A stretch of DNA of 64,000 bases from Octopus sinensis (lineage: Eukaryota), in assembly GCF_006345805.1 (NCBI RefSeq), contig NC_043002.1:114142001-114206000 (forward strand). The letters run 5' to 3'. The number at the start of each line of letters is the position of its first letter. Positions within the stretch are counted from its first letter, which is position 1. The notes under the pieces are model-generated. The model did not search any database, was not told the DNA's origin, and saw only the letters and a list, made by a program, of their open reading frames with translations. This document shows positions 12,146 through 23,799 of the stretch, one piece after another. The position numbers were made by a program, and so were the translations under genes.

Positions 12146-13243
12146 GGGCCAAATTCCATGTATATATGGTATGAATGTATGTACGTGCATGCATGTATGT
12201 GTGTGTGTGTGTGTATAGCTCCTCCCTCTTTTGTTGTGTGCGAATATATTTTGTACAAAGACATATTGTTTACTTTTATCTTTAACACACGTTGTTGAGT
12301 AACAGATCTACAGATATGTTCTATAATACACAGTGTAATGAGAAATATACTATATTTGAGAAAGGTGTTGTAGGCGTGGGTGGATTGCACTTAATCAACG
12401 TTCTGCTACATCAGATTTGTTAATGACGGGCTAATTTCTACAAATGAAGAAATTGGCAAGACTTCCTTTTGCACCATCCCCAAAACATCCCTTTTTATTT
12501 ATTTTTTTCTACACAGACCCCTGTTTTCTGCTACAGAGAATACGAATCTGCAAAAAGACTGGCAAAAATCAGCATTTTGAAATTCCCCACCCCTAATTTC
12601 TTCATTTTTAACTTATTTCAGAAATTTTTTTTTTCAAAGTATGCTGAAAAATACAGAGATTAAGATTATGAAAAAAATTTCCAAAACTTTTTGGAGTTAG
12701 GGTTAGAGTTTTAGGGTTAGGGTTAGGGTTTTAGGGTTACGGATAGGGTTAGAGAAAAAAGGTGAAAAATGAGGAAAGGTGGAGGAATTTCAAAACTCTT
12801 TACTCTTCTGAGTGGATTTAGTAGACAGGAACCAAAAGAAGCTCATTGTGTGTGTGTGTGTTTGACTCCACCCGTTCACTTGACAACCGGTGTAGGTCTG
12901 TTTATATACTGATAGAATAATAGCAAGCTTAAAAAATAAAAACAGTAAGGCCTGGGATTGATTCATTTGATCAAAAATTGAAGGCGGTGCCCTGGCATAA
13001 CTGAAACAAGTAAAAAAAAAAAGGTAAAAGATCTCTGTGTTGTGTTCTTGAGCAAAACATGTCATTTCCCATGCTCCTGTCCATTCAGCTGTAAATAGTG
13101 ACAGACGGGTGTTTCATTCAGGGAAAATGCTAAGGGTGGCATCATTGAAAACCTATAACAACGTGAAGAAGCACATTGTGACCACATCTGATAGTCTCTG
13201 GTTGATACAGTAGTAGGGATACACACATGCATGTGTATGTACA

Positions 13244-13540
13244 CAGTCATTATCTGTGGCCATGCTGGAGTACTGCCTTTAGTTGAGCAAATCGACCCCA
13301 AGACTTATTCTATCGGTGTCTTTTGCCGAACTGCTGAGTTATGGGGGACGTAAACACACCAGCATCGGTTGTCAAGCGATGTTGGGTGTTGGGGGGACAA
13401 ACACAGACACACAAACACTCACAAGGTTTTGGTCAACCCGAGGCTATAGTAGAAGACATTTGCCCAAGGTGCCACCCAGTGGGACTGAACCTGGAACCAT
13501 GTGGTTCGTAAGCAAACTACTTACCACACAGCCACTCCTA
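13244..13540 (-). mobile_element. tRNA-derived SINE family A (partial)
   Basis: Similar to full copies at 15530, 42888 and 58832. Confidence 0.75.
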
Positions 13541-13644
13541 CCCCTATATATATATATGTGTGTGTATGATAGAGTCCCCTGGAGCCACTTCCACTACTGA
13601 GTCCCTAGGAGCCACTCCTACCCCTATATATATATGTGTGTGTG

Positions 13645-14378
13645 TATGATAGAGTCCCCTGATCCCTTATTTGGTGGTCAATGCGAAAGCTAGGGATAGA
13701 TGAGTGGTTGGTGAGGCCTGTACAAGCCATGTACAGGGATGTTGTCAGTAAGGTGAAGGTTAGCAACAAGTATAGCAAGGAATTCAGGGTGCAAGTAGGG
13801 GTTCATGAAGGATCAGTCCTCAGCCCCCTCTTATTCATCATAGTTCTCCAGGCAATAACAGAGAAATTTAAGACAGGCTGCCCCTGGGAACTCCTCTATG
13901 CTGATGACCTTGTTCTATAGCCAAATCAGTTCCAGAACTAGAGAAGCAATTTCAGGTATGGAAGCAAGGTCTAGAATCAAAGGGCCTTAGAGTTAATCTA
14001 GCAAAAAACAAAGTCTTAGTAAGTAGGTGAGCAGATAAGTCACAAATCTCTTAGGTTGATGACCCTGCTCGACTTATAGAAAAGGTGTAGGTAGTAACAC
14101 CATAAGATGTACCCAATGGACACATAAGAAGTGCAGCAATATCAGAGGAAAGTTAACAGGGAAAATAGTTTTTGTGTGTAGAATGTACACAAGTACAATT
14201 AACACTAAAAATGTACAGAAAATAGACTCCAGGCTCCATCAAATTCCAGCAGGAAAAAATAATACTTGACAGCTTCCATTACCTAGGTGACCAAGTCAGT
14301 AGTGGAAGTGGATGGTCTAAGAGCATTGCTGCTAGAATAAGAATAGGCTGGGCAAAGTTCAGTGAGATCCTCCTTGAC
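13645..14378 (+). mobile_element. RTE-clade LINE reverse transcriptase fragment
   Basis: YDRVP..WWSMRKLGIDEWLV..VGVHEGSVLSPLLF..ELLYADDLVL, followed by degraded F.YLGD..RIRIGWAKF. Confidence 0.85.
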
Positions 14379-14603
14379 TGTTAGCGTTTCAGAGTATATA
14401 TATTTCTCGCTATGGCGTTTATGTAGCTGGAGTCAGGATTTATGTATAATGATAACACTTATAAGTAAGCTATAAGTGACGTATTTATCAATATATATTC
14501 CTACTTCAAAAGTAAAATATATTTATCTATTTCCAAATAAAAGTAGTGTTACACAAACAGTAACAAAACGCCGCTATAAAAAGTGGTGACCTCCTGATGT
14601 GAT
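14379..14603 (+). mobile_element. Putative LTR plus primer-binding site of an LTR retrotransposon relic
   Basis: Starts TG where the RTE similarity stops and contains AATAAA. Followed by TGGTGACCTCCTGATGTGAT (14584..14603), resembling the tRNA-Trp PBS TGGTGACCCCGACGTGAT. Confidence 0.45.
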
Positions 14604-15529
14604 CTCATAGATAAACCACCACATCATAAAAGTATAGACACTTGTGAAAAATGTATAAAATTTTCAATAGAAAATAGATGACAGTTTCATTACACAAAAT
14701 TTGATTAACAGAAATATTTGATATTAAAAGTTGAAGGAAAAAGCACATGAAGAAAGAGAAAATAATTACTACATTACTTTATTTATGTACATTTAACATT
14801 TATAGTACAGTTGGAAAGTAAAGTCATTTTGTTGTAGAGAATTACAACTTAAAAGTCACACTAGCTAATCTTTCTTACTAACTACTAGAGTTCACAACAA
14901 TTCAGATAAGTCTTGTTGGATTTTTATCATAGACATGGGATAAAAAATAGCCAATATCTCAAGGAGAGAGTCTCGTGGAGTTTAGCAACATTCTACGAAC
15001 ACTGATTAATTTTCCCAAAATCAGTTTTTTTATAACTGCTCATACCTGAATTCTAAGAACCATATTTTGTGAAAGAATTCTCTTTGACGAAAGTTTAGAA
15101 TTCAAACATGGACAATAATTTTAACCAATGGGATTACCAACAATTATGCTCGTTTGGGCAAACGACCATTAAGTCATATTGCCACATTTTATGACTTGCT
15201 ACAAAGTAAAATATTAGAAAGTAAAAAAGGTATACATACATACACATACACACATACATGTGCACACACACACACATATGTATATTGCCTTCCCAGAAGG
15301 TAACCAGGCCCCATTTTCCTGCATGACAAGCGGGGGGGGGGGCACTCCCCACTATACACACATATGCATATATAGATATATAAGTGTGTATACATACATA
15401 TAACAACCTGGGAAGAACACAACAGATCAAGATATGAACTTAACAAGACAACTTGGTTAGACTGACATGTTACCAAAGCTTCTCTGAACTTTATTGAATT
15501 TCCTGAGAGACTCAGTTATATCTCTCTTT

Positions 15530-15911
15530 CTCTCTTTTACTTGTTTCAGTCATTTGACTGCGGCCATGCTGGAGCACCGCCTTTAGTCGAGCAAATCGAC
15601 CCCGGGACTTATTCTTTGTAAGCCCAGTACTTATTCTATCGGTCTCTTTTTGCCGAACCGCTAAGTGATGGTGACATAAACACACCAGCATCGGTTGTCA
15701 AGCAATGCTAGGGGAACAAACACAGACACACAAACACACACTTATATATATATATACATATATACGACAGGCTTCTTTCAGTTTCCGTCTACCAAATCCA
15801 CTCACAAGGCATTGGTCGGCCTGGGGCTATAACAGAAGACACTTGCCCAAGATGCCACGGAACCATGTGGTTGGTTAGCAAGCTACTTACTACACAGCCA
15901 CTCCTGCGCCT
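15530..15911 (-). mobile_element. tRNA-derived SINE family A
   Basis: Minus-strand head AGGCGCAGGAGTGGCTGTGT.., internal (CA)/(TA) tract, tail GTAAAAGAG. The B-box region is deleted in this copy. Confidence 0.85.
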
Positions 15912-16603
15912 ATCTGTTTCTTTTTATATCACTTGTTGGCTAAACTGTTGCTCCACAAGTCATTGTTTGGCACTGATCATACAAATCCATCATCAAAAGC
16001 ATGAGGATCCTCTTATTTGTCTACAACTACATTGGCTAATGTCTCCTTTCATTTGTAAGTCAGTAAATAGTGATTTGCTTGAAATCTGACTGCCGTTTCT
16101 AGCATGTTGTATGACTATGCAGAAGCTCTTTTGTTCAATAAGGTACTTAGATTCACAGTCAACAACAAAAAACATTTTCTCAGTACAGAGAAAAAAAAAA
16201 TCCTTAATTTTAATATCTGGCTTCAGCATTAGTTAGAAAGAGGTCTGTATTTCGACTTGAACCTTGTATATAACTGGTATGAATTGCTGCAATCCTGGAG
16301 GACTGACAAATACCTTCAGCCAGATGTGGCAGTGAAATTGCAAAGCATTTAACTTACTGTTAAATTTATCCATTCACACTATTAATTCCTGCTGGAATTG
16401 ACTTGGCTGCAGTTGCTAAAATAAGTTCCAGCGATGTTCTGGCATTGATTTTATTGACTATACTTTATCCTTGAGCCAAGTTAAAAGGAACAATTTTCTT
16501 TTGTGAGTGCATATATTACAATGTGTAACATGATTTTTGTCCTTGGGTAACAACTGTCATTTCCTATTTCCTTACTCCTAGAAAGTATGAAAAATGGCTA
16601 ATA

Positions 16604-16968
16604 CTAGCACTATGACCTGGCAATGCCGGGTCATAGTGATTGTGCATGCATACACAGCTGCATGCGTGCACACATACACGCGAGTACTGTCCAAATCTCT
16701 GACCAATCACATACAGCTAGCTGGTATTCAATTGGCGTATCAAGTTTCGGGCATTTTGGTTGGGTTTTGGATAGAAAATTCACAAAAAAGTCACTTCTAT
16801 TGATTTTTTTAATGGCTTTGCGGGATGACTGGGGAAATGCAAAGATGTGCACGACCACCCTTGGAGGGTTTTGAATGACCATAGAAAGTGCAAGCTCTCT
16901 AACTGAAAAATTGTGGATTTGTATAAAGGACACACACACAGACATTTTGTCGTTTGTATATAGAGAGA
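16604..16968 (-). mobile_element. Non-autonomous Helitron
   Basis: CTAGCACTATGACCTGGCAATGCCGGGTCATAG is the reverse of a 3' hairpin+CTAG. The other end reads TCTCTCTATATAC on minus. Confidence 0.65.
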
Positions 16969-17311
16969 TTTCCTTCAAACTTTGCTTTTCTTACATTTAT
17001 TCAAACCCCAAAGAATCCCTTTCAACACATAGCTATGGTGCTCCCCCACTACTCCTGCTCATGATCAGAGATGCATATATTGGTAGCCACTAAGAGACAT
17101 GTTCAGGTGGTTAAGGTCAAGCAACTGACAAGCAAATCTGTGGTTTTCAGCAGAATATTTGCTATAATGATATTTCTGCTTCAGCAGCTCAGTGCTGAAT
17201 CTGTCTGAAATGTAATGGAAAACATTGATGTCCAGGTTACAAAAGCTAAGATTTGAAGGGAGTAGTAATCATTTCCTTTGATTTCTAGATAGACGCAAAT
17301 TGGAAATAATA

Positions 17312-17686
17312 CTTACTCTTTTACTTGTTTCAGTCATTTGACTGTGGCCATGCTGGAGCACCGCCCTTAGTCGAGAAAATTGACCCCAGAACTTATTCCT
17401 TGTAAGCCTAGTACTTATTCTATCAGTCTCTTTTGCTGAACCGCTAAGTTACGGGGATGTAAACACACCAGCATCAGTTGTCAAGTGATGTTGGGGGGGA
17501 CAAACACAGACACACAAACACTCACACATATATATACATATATATGACGGGCTTCTTTCAGTTTCTGTCTACCAAATCCATTCACAAGGCTATAGTAGAA
17601 GACACTTGCCCAAGGTGCCATGCAGTGGGACTGAGCCCGGAACCATGTGGTTGGTAAGCAAGCTACTTACCACACAGCCACTCATG
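17312..17686 (-). mobile_element. tRNA-derived SINE family A
   Basis: Same consensus as other family A copies. Confidence 0.85.
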
Positions 17687-18472
17687 CTCCTAGACTTACT
17701 GACTAAAAGCAAAAAAAAATTGAAATTTTGTTTCACAGTGTTATCTTTCTTGTACCAAACCACAGTTGATTTAAGCTTTTGTAAGTGTAAAATCTAAAAG
17801 GATTAAGCATTAAAAAAAATTGCTTGTTTTAATATTTGTGTCACTAATCTCTCTATGATGATATAGCAAATAAATTGAGAGGTTATTCACTTTATTTAGT
17901 AGACAAAATATAGGTCTACTGAATGCTTGAGTAGCTTTCTTGAAAGGCTTCATTCACAGTGATGGATTTTGCTAAGCATAGGCATTAAGTTTGCAAAAAT
18001 TATACATTCTCTTCAATGGTCTCAATGCTAGTGATTTAAATCAAACATCAATTTATATAAAAGTTGCTTTTGAAATATTCATATTATCTGTCTGTATATA
18101 TATGTGTGTGAGTGTGTGTAATATATTATATTATGTGTTAACATGGTCCTCCTAACGACAAAGTAAACTTCATTTAATCAAGATATCTTTGGCATGAAGC
18201 GTAACTTGTGGTATACACTTTGCTTGGATATTTGCCACTTCCAAGGTTCTACTTGCTACGAAACATATGTAGCCTGGATTTTATCTACTCCATTCCTTAA
18301 CTCTTGTATTTTTATTTACACACCTTGGCAACCCTGGCTGACAACCATGAAATATAAAATAATTTTCAGCTTAGCATACTTCAATATGGGAAAAATTCAC
18401 AACCTTCCACCCCAATAAACCACTAATGAAGCTCACTTTCGACCGATACCTTGATACTTAGTTTACATAGAT

Positions 18473-18506
<34 letters not shown>

Positions 18507-18521
18507 TATACACACACACAC

Positions 18522-18585
<64 letters not shown>

Positions 18586-18600
18586 GTATATATATATATA

Positions 18601-18641
<41 letters not shown>

Positions 18642-18708
18642 TATATATATAAAAATTAAATATATATATATGTATATAAATTAAATATATATATATATGT
18701 ATATATAT

Positions 18709-19197
18709 ACTTTGATACTTTGATACTTTGATAGGTTTCGGCCATTATTGGCCCAGGCCATGTCTAACTTAATAGCACCACCTGGTGAAGTCTTTCAAGT
18801 CAGAATTTGGGCACTATGGCCCACTCAAGTAGAGAGTTATTGTTTACAGAGACATATCCGGGTGTAGGGGGTTTATCCGGGATTTCTTGAAGGAATCTGT
18901 CCAAAGACTTCTTGAACCCTATAGGGTCAGTTTCTGTTTTAATGTGTTTTGGTGTAATGTTAAAGAGAGCGGGGCCAATTGAGGTGAAATAATTGTGCCG
19001 TATTGTTGTTATGAGATGAGAGTGCGATTTTTGTTTTGGGCGGATGACACGGGGCCCAAGCCTTGGATGTACCTTGAAGGTGATGCCAACATCATTTGGG
19101 CAATGCTGATGGAATATTTTCCACATCATGCAGATGATGTAGCGCTCACGACGACGTTGGAGAGAATAGAGTTTTAGCTTTTCTAGTCGACCCCAAT
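18709..19197 (-). mobile_element. 3' end of a CR1/L2/Jockey-group LINE with tandem-repeat tail
   Basis: YWGRLEKLKLYSLQRRRERY..GPALFN..FKKSLDRFLQEIPDKP, then a short 3'UTR and a (TATCAAAG)n tail on minus. Confidence 0.8.
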
Positions 19198-19569
19198 ATA
19201 TATACATATATATAAATTAAATATATATATATGTATATATATAAATTAAATATATATATATGTATATATATATATATACATATATATAAATTAAATATAT
19301 ATATATACATATATATATATATGTATACATATATATGTATCGCGGGCATGGCTGTGTGGTTAGGGAGCTTGCTTCCTAGTTACATGGTTTTGGGTTCAGT
19401 CCCACTGCGTGGCACTTTGTGTAGGTGTCTTCCGCAATAGCCCCGAGCCGACCGAAGCTTTGTGATTGAATTCGGTAGGTGGAAGTTACTGCCGTGTGTG
19501 TACATGTGCGTGTAGGTGCTCAGTGCCTCTCCGAAAGAGAGAGAAGGTATATACATATATATATATATC

Positions 19570-20093
19570 TCTCTGTCTCTCTCTCTTCTCCCGTCTGTCT
19601 TGATAGACAATGGGTCGCGCCAAGGGTGGGGCCTACTTTGATGATGAGCAGCGTCTGCTGTGACTGAACAGTCCAATTCTAGAGTGGCAGTCCCTGGTAC
19701 AGTTGCTGCACACGAACATCGATGGGTACGTGTGGGGTGTTGCTGCAGTTGTCCTCCTCCTGTCCCGCCTGTCCGACCACAGCTGTGCTCTCCTTTCCTC
19801 ACTGTCCGACGCCAGGCGGAGCGGTCAGCAGCTGTTACCTCCCATGTGTCCACACAGATGTTGGCAGTCCTCAGGTCGCGCTTGCACACATCCCTGTATC
19901 GTAGCTGTGGACGTCCCTTGGGTTGGGATCCCGTGGTGAGTTCGCTGTACAGGATGTCTTTAGGCATGCGGCAGACGTGTCCGAGCCAGCGCAGTCGTCT
20001 CCGCACGAGGAGGGCATGCATGCTTGGCATATTAGTCTGTTCTAGGATGACTCCGTTTGGTACTCGGTTCTTCCGGGAGATGCCAAGGATCCG
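19570..20093 (-). mobile_element. RTE (BovB-like) LINE 3' fragment
   Basis: [56 protein letters not shown], plus C-terminal [18 protein letters not shown] in another frame. Confidence 0.85.
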
Positions 20094-20158
20094 TATATAT
20101 ATACATATATATATACATATATATACACACATACATATATATATATATATACACATAC

Positions 20159-20219
<61 letters not shown>

Positions 20220-20839
20220 TATATACATACATATATATCAAGGTGTTGGGCTTCATGGAGGCAATGACAATGAACTGAGATGTCTGGTGATACGAGGTTC
20301 TTGAGAAGCTCCCTCTTACTTCAGAGAGACTCTGTTCTGGAAGTGCTGTATGTTCCACCCACATTTAACAATAAAACTTTTCCCTCTAAATCAAACTTCA
20401 TCTTCTCTTCCTCATTTTCATGCACTATGCTCATCTCTTGCTCCCAAATCCTATCCCCACAGTATCATAGCTATCCTGTTGTGTCCCCATCCTCTATATA
20501 CCCAGGTTTCACCAGTCACTGCATTTACCCCTGTTGTGTGCATTCATATGAATTCACCCTTAGTAATACTCTACCATCTCATTTATATTCTGATCCCTGT
20601 ACCTTTAGGGTCTGCCCTGGCACATCACCACCATCTCTCTCTTGCCAACTTCCTTTCATTCTTGATCATTCCTTTGCTTTCTCTCTCTGACTGGATAACT
20701 ATGTATCTCCCGTACAGCAAGACACCTATTTCTGGCCCTCTGTCACATTGTAACCTCTCATCACCTGGCACAAGGCCACCTCCACCAATACCCCACCTCT
20801 CAACGGATCTTTGTCTTGTGAGTTACTTGGTGACCCAGC

Positions 20840-21108
20840 CAGTGTTGATGCCATGTAAAAAGCATCCAGTCCACACTATAAAGTGGTTGGCATTTGGAAG
20901 GGTATTTACTTGTAAAACCCATGCCAAAACAGACCTTGCCAGTAGTGGTACCATGTAAAAAGCACTCAATCCACTCTGTAAGGTGGTTGGCATTAGGAAG
21001 GGCATCCAGCTGTAAAAACCATGACAAAACAGACAGTGAAACCTGGTGCAGTCTTCTGGTTATCCAACTCATGCCAGCATAGAAAATGAACATTAAATGA
21101 TGATGATA
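20840..21108 (+). mobile_element. RTE-type 3' tail repeat (family B), degenerate
   Basis: GTGGTTGGCATTAGGAAGGGCATCCAGCTGTA.. ending GCATAGAAAATGAACATTAAATGATGATGAT. Confidence 0.65.
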
Positions 21109-21191
21109 AAGTGTGTGTGTGTGTGTGTGTGTGTGTACGTATACATACAGTGTGTTTGCTATTAACAAATATATTATATTTATATTTTCAG

Positions 21192-22559
21192 GGTGTGAAT
21201 ATTTTGGTATTTCCTGAAAACGGCCTTATTGCACATCTGAGAAATTATTCTCGTACTGATATTGAGAACTTTCTTGACATTATACCACAGCCTAATAAAG
21301 TGAAACCATGGATTCCATGTGATAAACCTGATCTCTATCCAAGAACAGAAATTCAGGAAACTATTAGCTGCATTGCCAAAGAGAACAACATTTATCTTGT
21401 AGTCAATGTCGGAGACATGCAACTCTGCAATCACATGGAAGATTCAAGCTGCCCTTCGGATGGACATTACCAACACAACACTAATGTTGTTTATTCATCA
21501 GAGGGTGCTCTTGTTTCTAAATATCACAAGAAACATCTTTCTGATGAGCCTTATTACAATGCTCCCAAGGCTGCAGAATATGCAGTATTTGATACCCCAT
21601 TTGGTCGTTTTGCAAGCATCGTATCTTACGATATACTCTTCAATGACACACTAAATAATTTAATAGAAAAACATCAAGTTTCAAATATTCTTTTTCCAAA
21701 TCTATGGTTACATGTTCCTCCTTTCTTTTTATCATCTTTATTCCACAATTCAATTGCCAAAGCTTTCAAGATAAACCTTATTTCTGCAAATGTCAAAATA
21801 GCTATGTTCCCAGATATTGTATCGGGTGGAAGTGGTATTTATACACCTGATGAAAGTCTTTATAGATATAAACCCTTTAATTCTATTCCTTCAGACGGAT
21901 ATATTCAGTTACAGATTAAAAATATTGAAGAGTCAGAAAGAAAATTCCTTTGGCCTCTAAAACGTAAAGTTCCCACATCAGACAACTCTGTCGTTAAAAC
22001 AGCTCTTATGACAAACGTTTTCCCTGTATCTGCAGTGATACTTCAGAACGATTCAGGCATTGTTAGTGTGTGTAATTATAAGGTATGTTGTTCTCTTGAG
22101 TACGAATTCATGTCTAATAGAACTTTAAAATTTAAAATCAACTACATTTTAGCAATAAGTAATAAGAAAGATGTAGATCTGACTAATCCAGAAGGCAAAG
22201 AAATGCAATCATGTCTTTTATGTCCAATCTATGATGAAAAAATATCATGTTTGATGACTTTGCCAGCTGATATTCCCAAGGGAGATGTTAGCTTTCGCAA
22301 ATTAAAGATGACAGCTCATAATTTTAATACTCCTTATTTATTTCCCCACATTGCGACTTTTAATTCAAAATCTTACGATATTAATACATCTTGGAAACAT
22401 GACAGAGGAGAAATAGAAAATACAAAACCAATTGAAAAAGTTTTTACTGCTATAATATTTGGAAGATTATATCCTATTGCCTCATCAGCTCCATTTACAG
22501 TATTTCCAATCACTTCAGTAATCTTGTTAAATTTAATATCAAAGGAACTACTTGTTTAG
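21192..22559 (+). CDS. Vanin/pantetheinase/biotinidase-like protein, coding exon 2 (CN-hydrolase plus base domain, hydrophobic GPI-like tail); catalytic Cys replaced by Ser
   Basis: Acceptor TTTTCAG|GGT, phase 0. Motifs GVNILVFPENG (catalytic E), WIPC, ISCIAKENNIYLVVNVGD, CPSDGHYQHNTNVVYSSEGALVSKYHKKHL (catalytic K), FDTPFGRFASIVSYDILF, GGSGIY, VCNYKVCCSLEY, IFGRLY. Open for 455 codons to TAG. Confidence 0.92.
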   Translation, partial: GVNILVFPENGLIAHLRNYSRTDIENFLDIIPQPNKVKPWIPCDKPDLYPRTEIQETISCIAKENNIYLVVNVGDMQLCNHMEDSSCPSDGHYQHNTNVVYSSEGALVSKYHKKHLSDEPYYNAPKAAEYAVFDTPFGRFASIVSYDILFNDTLNNLIEKHQVSNILFPNLWLHVPPFFLSSLFHNSIAKAFKINLISANVKIAMFPDIVSGGSGIYTPDESLYRYKPFNSIPSDGYIQLQIKNIEESERKFLWPLKRKVPTSDNSVVKTALMTNVFPVSAVILQNDSGIVSVCNYKVCCSLEYEFMSNRTLKFKINYILAISNKKDVDLTNPEGKEMQSCLLCPIYDEKISCLMTLPADIPKGDVSFRKLKMTAHNFNTPYLFPHIATFNSKSYDINTSWKHDRGEIENTKPIEKVFTAIIFGRLYPIASSAPFTVFPITSVILLNLISKELLV

Positions 22560-22768
22560 CCCATTAGCATCTAAACTGGACATATCAGGCCCAAATATTT
22601 TGTGCTCAAACTGACCAGATCAGGCCTGTCACAACTACCCTGCAGTCATTCTAAAATTAAACAATCACATCCTTTAAATCTCAGAGCTATGAGATAATGC
22701 ATGATTAATTCAGAGCAATGTGAATAAATAAGCATTATATTTGACAGAATAATCTGAATGCTAAAGGG
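22560..22768. mobile_element. piggyBac-like MITE immediately after the vanin-like stop codon
   Basis: TIRs CCCATTAGCATCTAAA / TCTGAATGCTAAAGGG. Flanks TTAG (22556..22559) and TTAA (22769..22772). Confidence 0.75.
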
Positions 22769-23799
22769 TTAAGATATTTTTCCTTCTCACAATATATTTC
22801 TTTTTAATTCTTTGTCACAACTGCACCTCTGTGGAACGTCCTTGGTATCTGCTTTATCCATGTCCTAACCTTCAAGAATGCAAGTATTAATCATATTATC
22901 TCCACTTCCTCATATTTTGTGAAGTATTGAAAATGTTATGGAAACTACCTCCAAATTCTCAGATTAAGCCATATTACAATAATTTGTTAAAAATAAGAAA
23001 TGTCATTAGTTTTGTTCATTAATTAATAAAATCTAAAATCCCTTAATCATGCTTCTGGTTGATTTTCTCGATATTCAATGTTAAAACAATTTTCACATAA
23101 TTTTTGAATAATTCATTTATGGTAATAATTTTGTGCAGTTAACACATGTATATATTTTAATTCAATTATTATTTGTTTGGTTTGTAAATATCAGGCTAGT
23201 TCCAGTTTCATAAGATTAAGTAGACGAAACTTGAATTTCCTCCTGGAGAGGACAATATTAAAGATTCTCATGTGATCTACCATCTATTTCCATCATATGT
23301 TAAAATTTTCATCTCAGGAACAATATACTGGCCGATTTGAACTCTTAATCTATGAGAATGTGGTCTAACACCTTATCTACTCAACATTTATTAGCTATTT
23401 CAAATATGAGTGGAAATTGTAAAGAAATAAAAAATAGATTGGAATTCATAAATGTATTTATTTACATTAGCATAAGGCCATACATTTGTTTGAGGAGTTC
23501 TTGCAAATAATTTCATTTTAGTCCATTGCTAAGTATTTAATTTGTAACACCTTGTTACTTTGTACCAAAACATGATTGTGCAGTAGTTATAATTTAGTTA
23601 ATTAATTAAGCAGTTAGCTATTTTATCTATCTGTAATGAATTAACTTTTATTTATCAATTCGTTTATAGCACCCACTTTCAGTGGCAGGAGTAAGTATAA
23701 CACGAATGATGGCAGAGTAAAGGACAATTTTTATATGTCTGTTGGCCAATGCTCATTAGAACCTTTTTTTTCAGATGCTGAATCTCACCCTCTCCATGT

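Noticed and set aside
12695-12752. TTAGGG tract as a telomere or fusion site
   Set aside because: Short, degenerate and embedded in repeat-like DNA.
18730-18765. GGCC-AATAAT-GGCC-GAAAC on minus as a hammerhead
   Set aside because: No upstream CUGANGA; more likely a LINE 3'UTR stem-loop.
18423-20364. Long Y/I-rich ORFs (similar C/V-, Y/L/S- and Y/I-rich ORFs at 10.5, 43.6, 54.6, 57.8 and 62.0 kb)
   Set aside because: Translations of (TA)n, (TG)n and (TCTA)n microsatellites.
21541-21580. CTGATGA-GCCTT..AAGGC in the vanin exon as a hammerhead
   Set aside because: No GAAA after stem II and no stem I/III; coincidental coding sequence.
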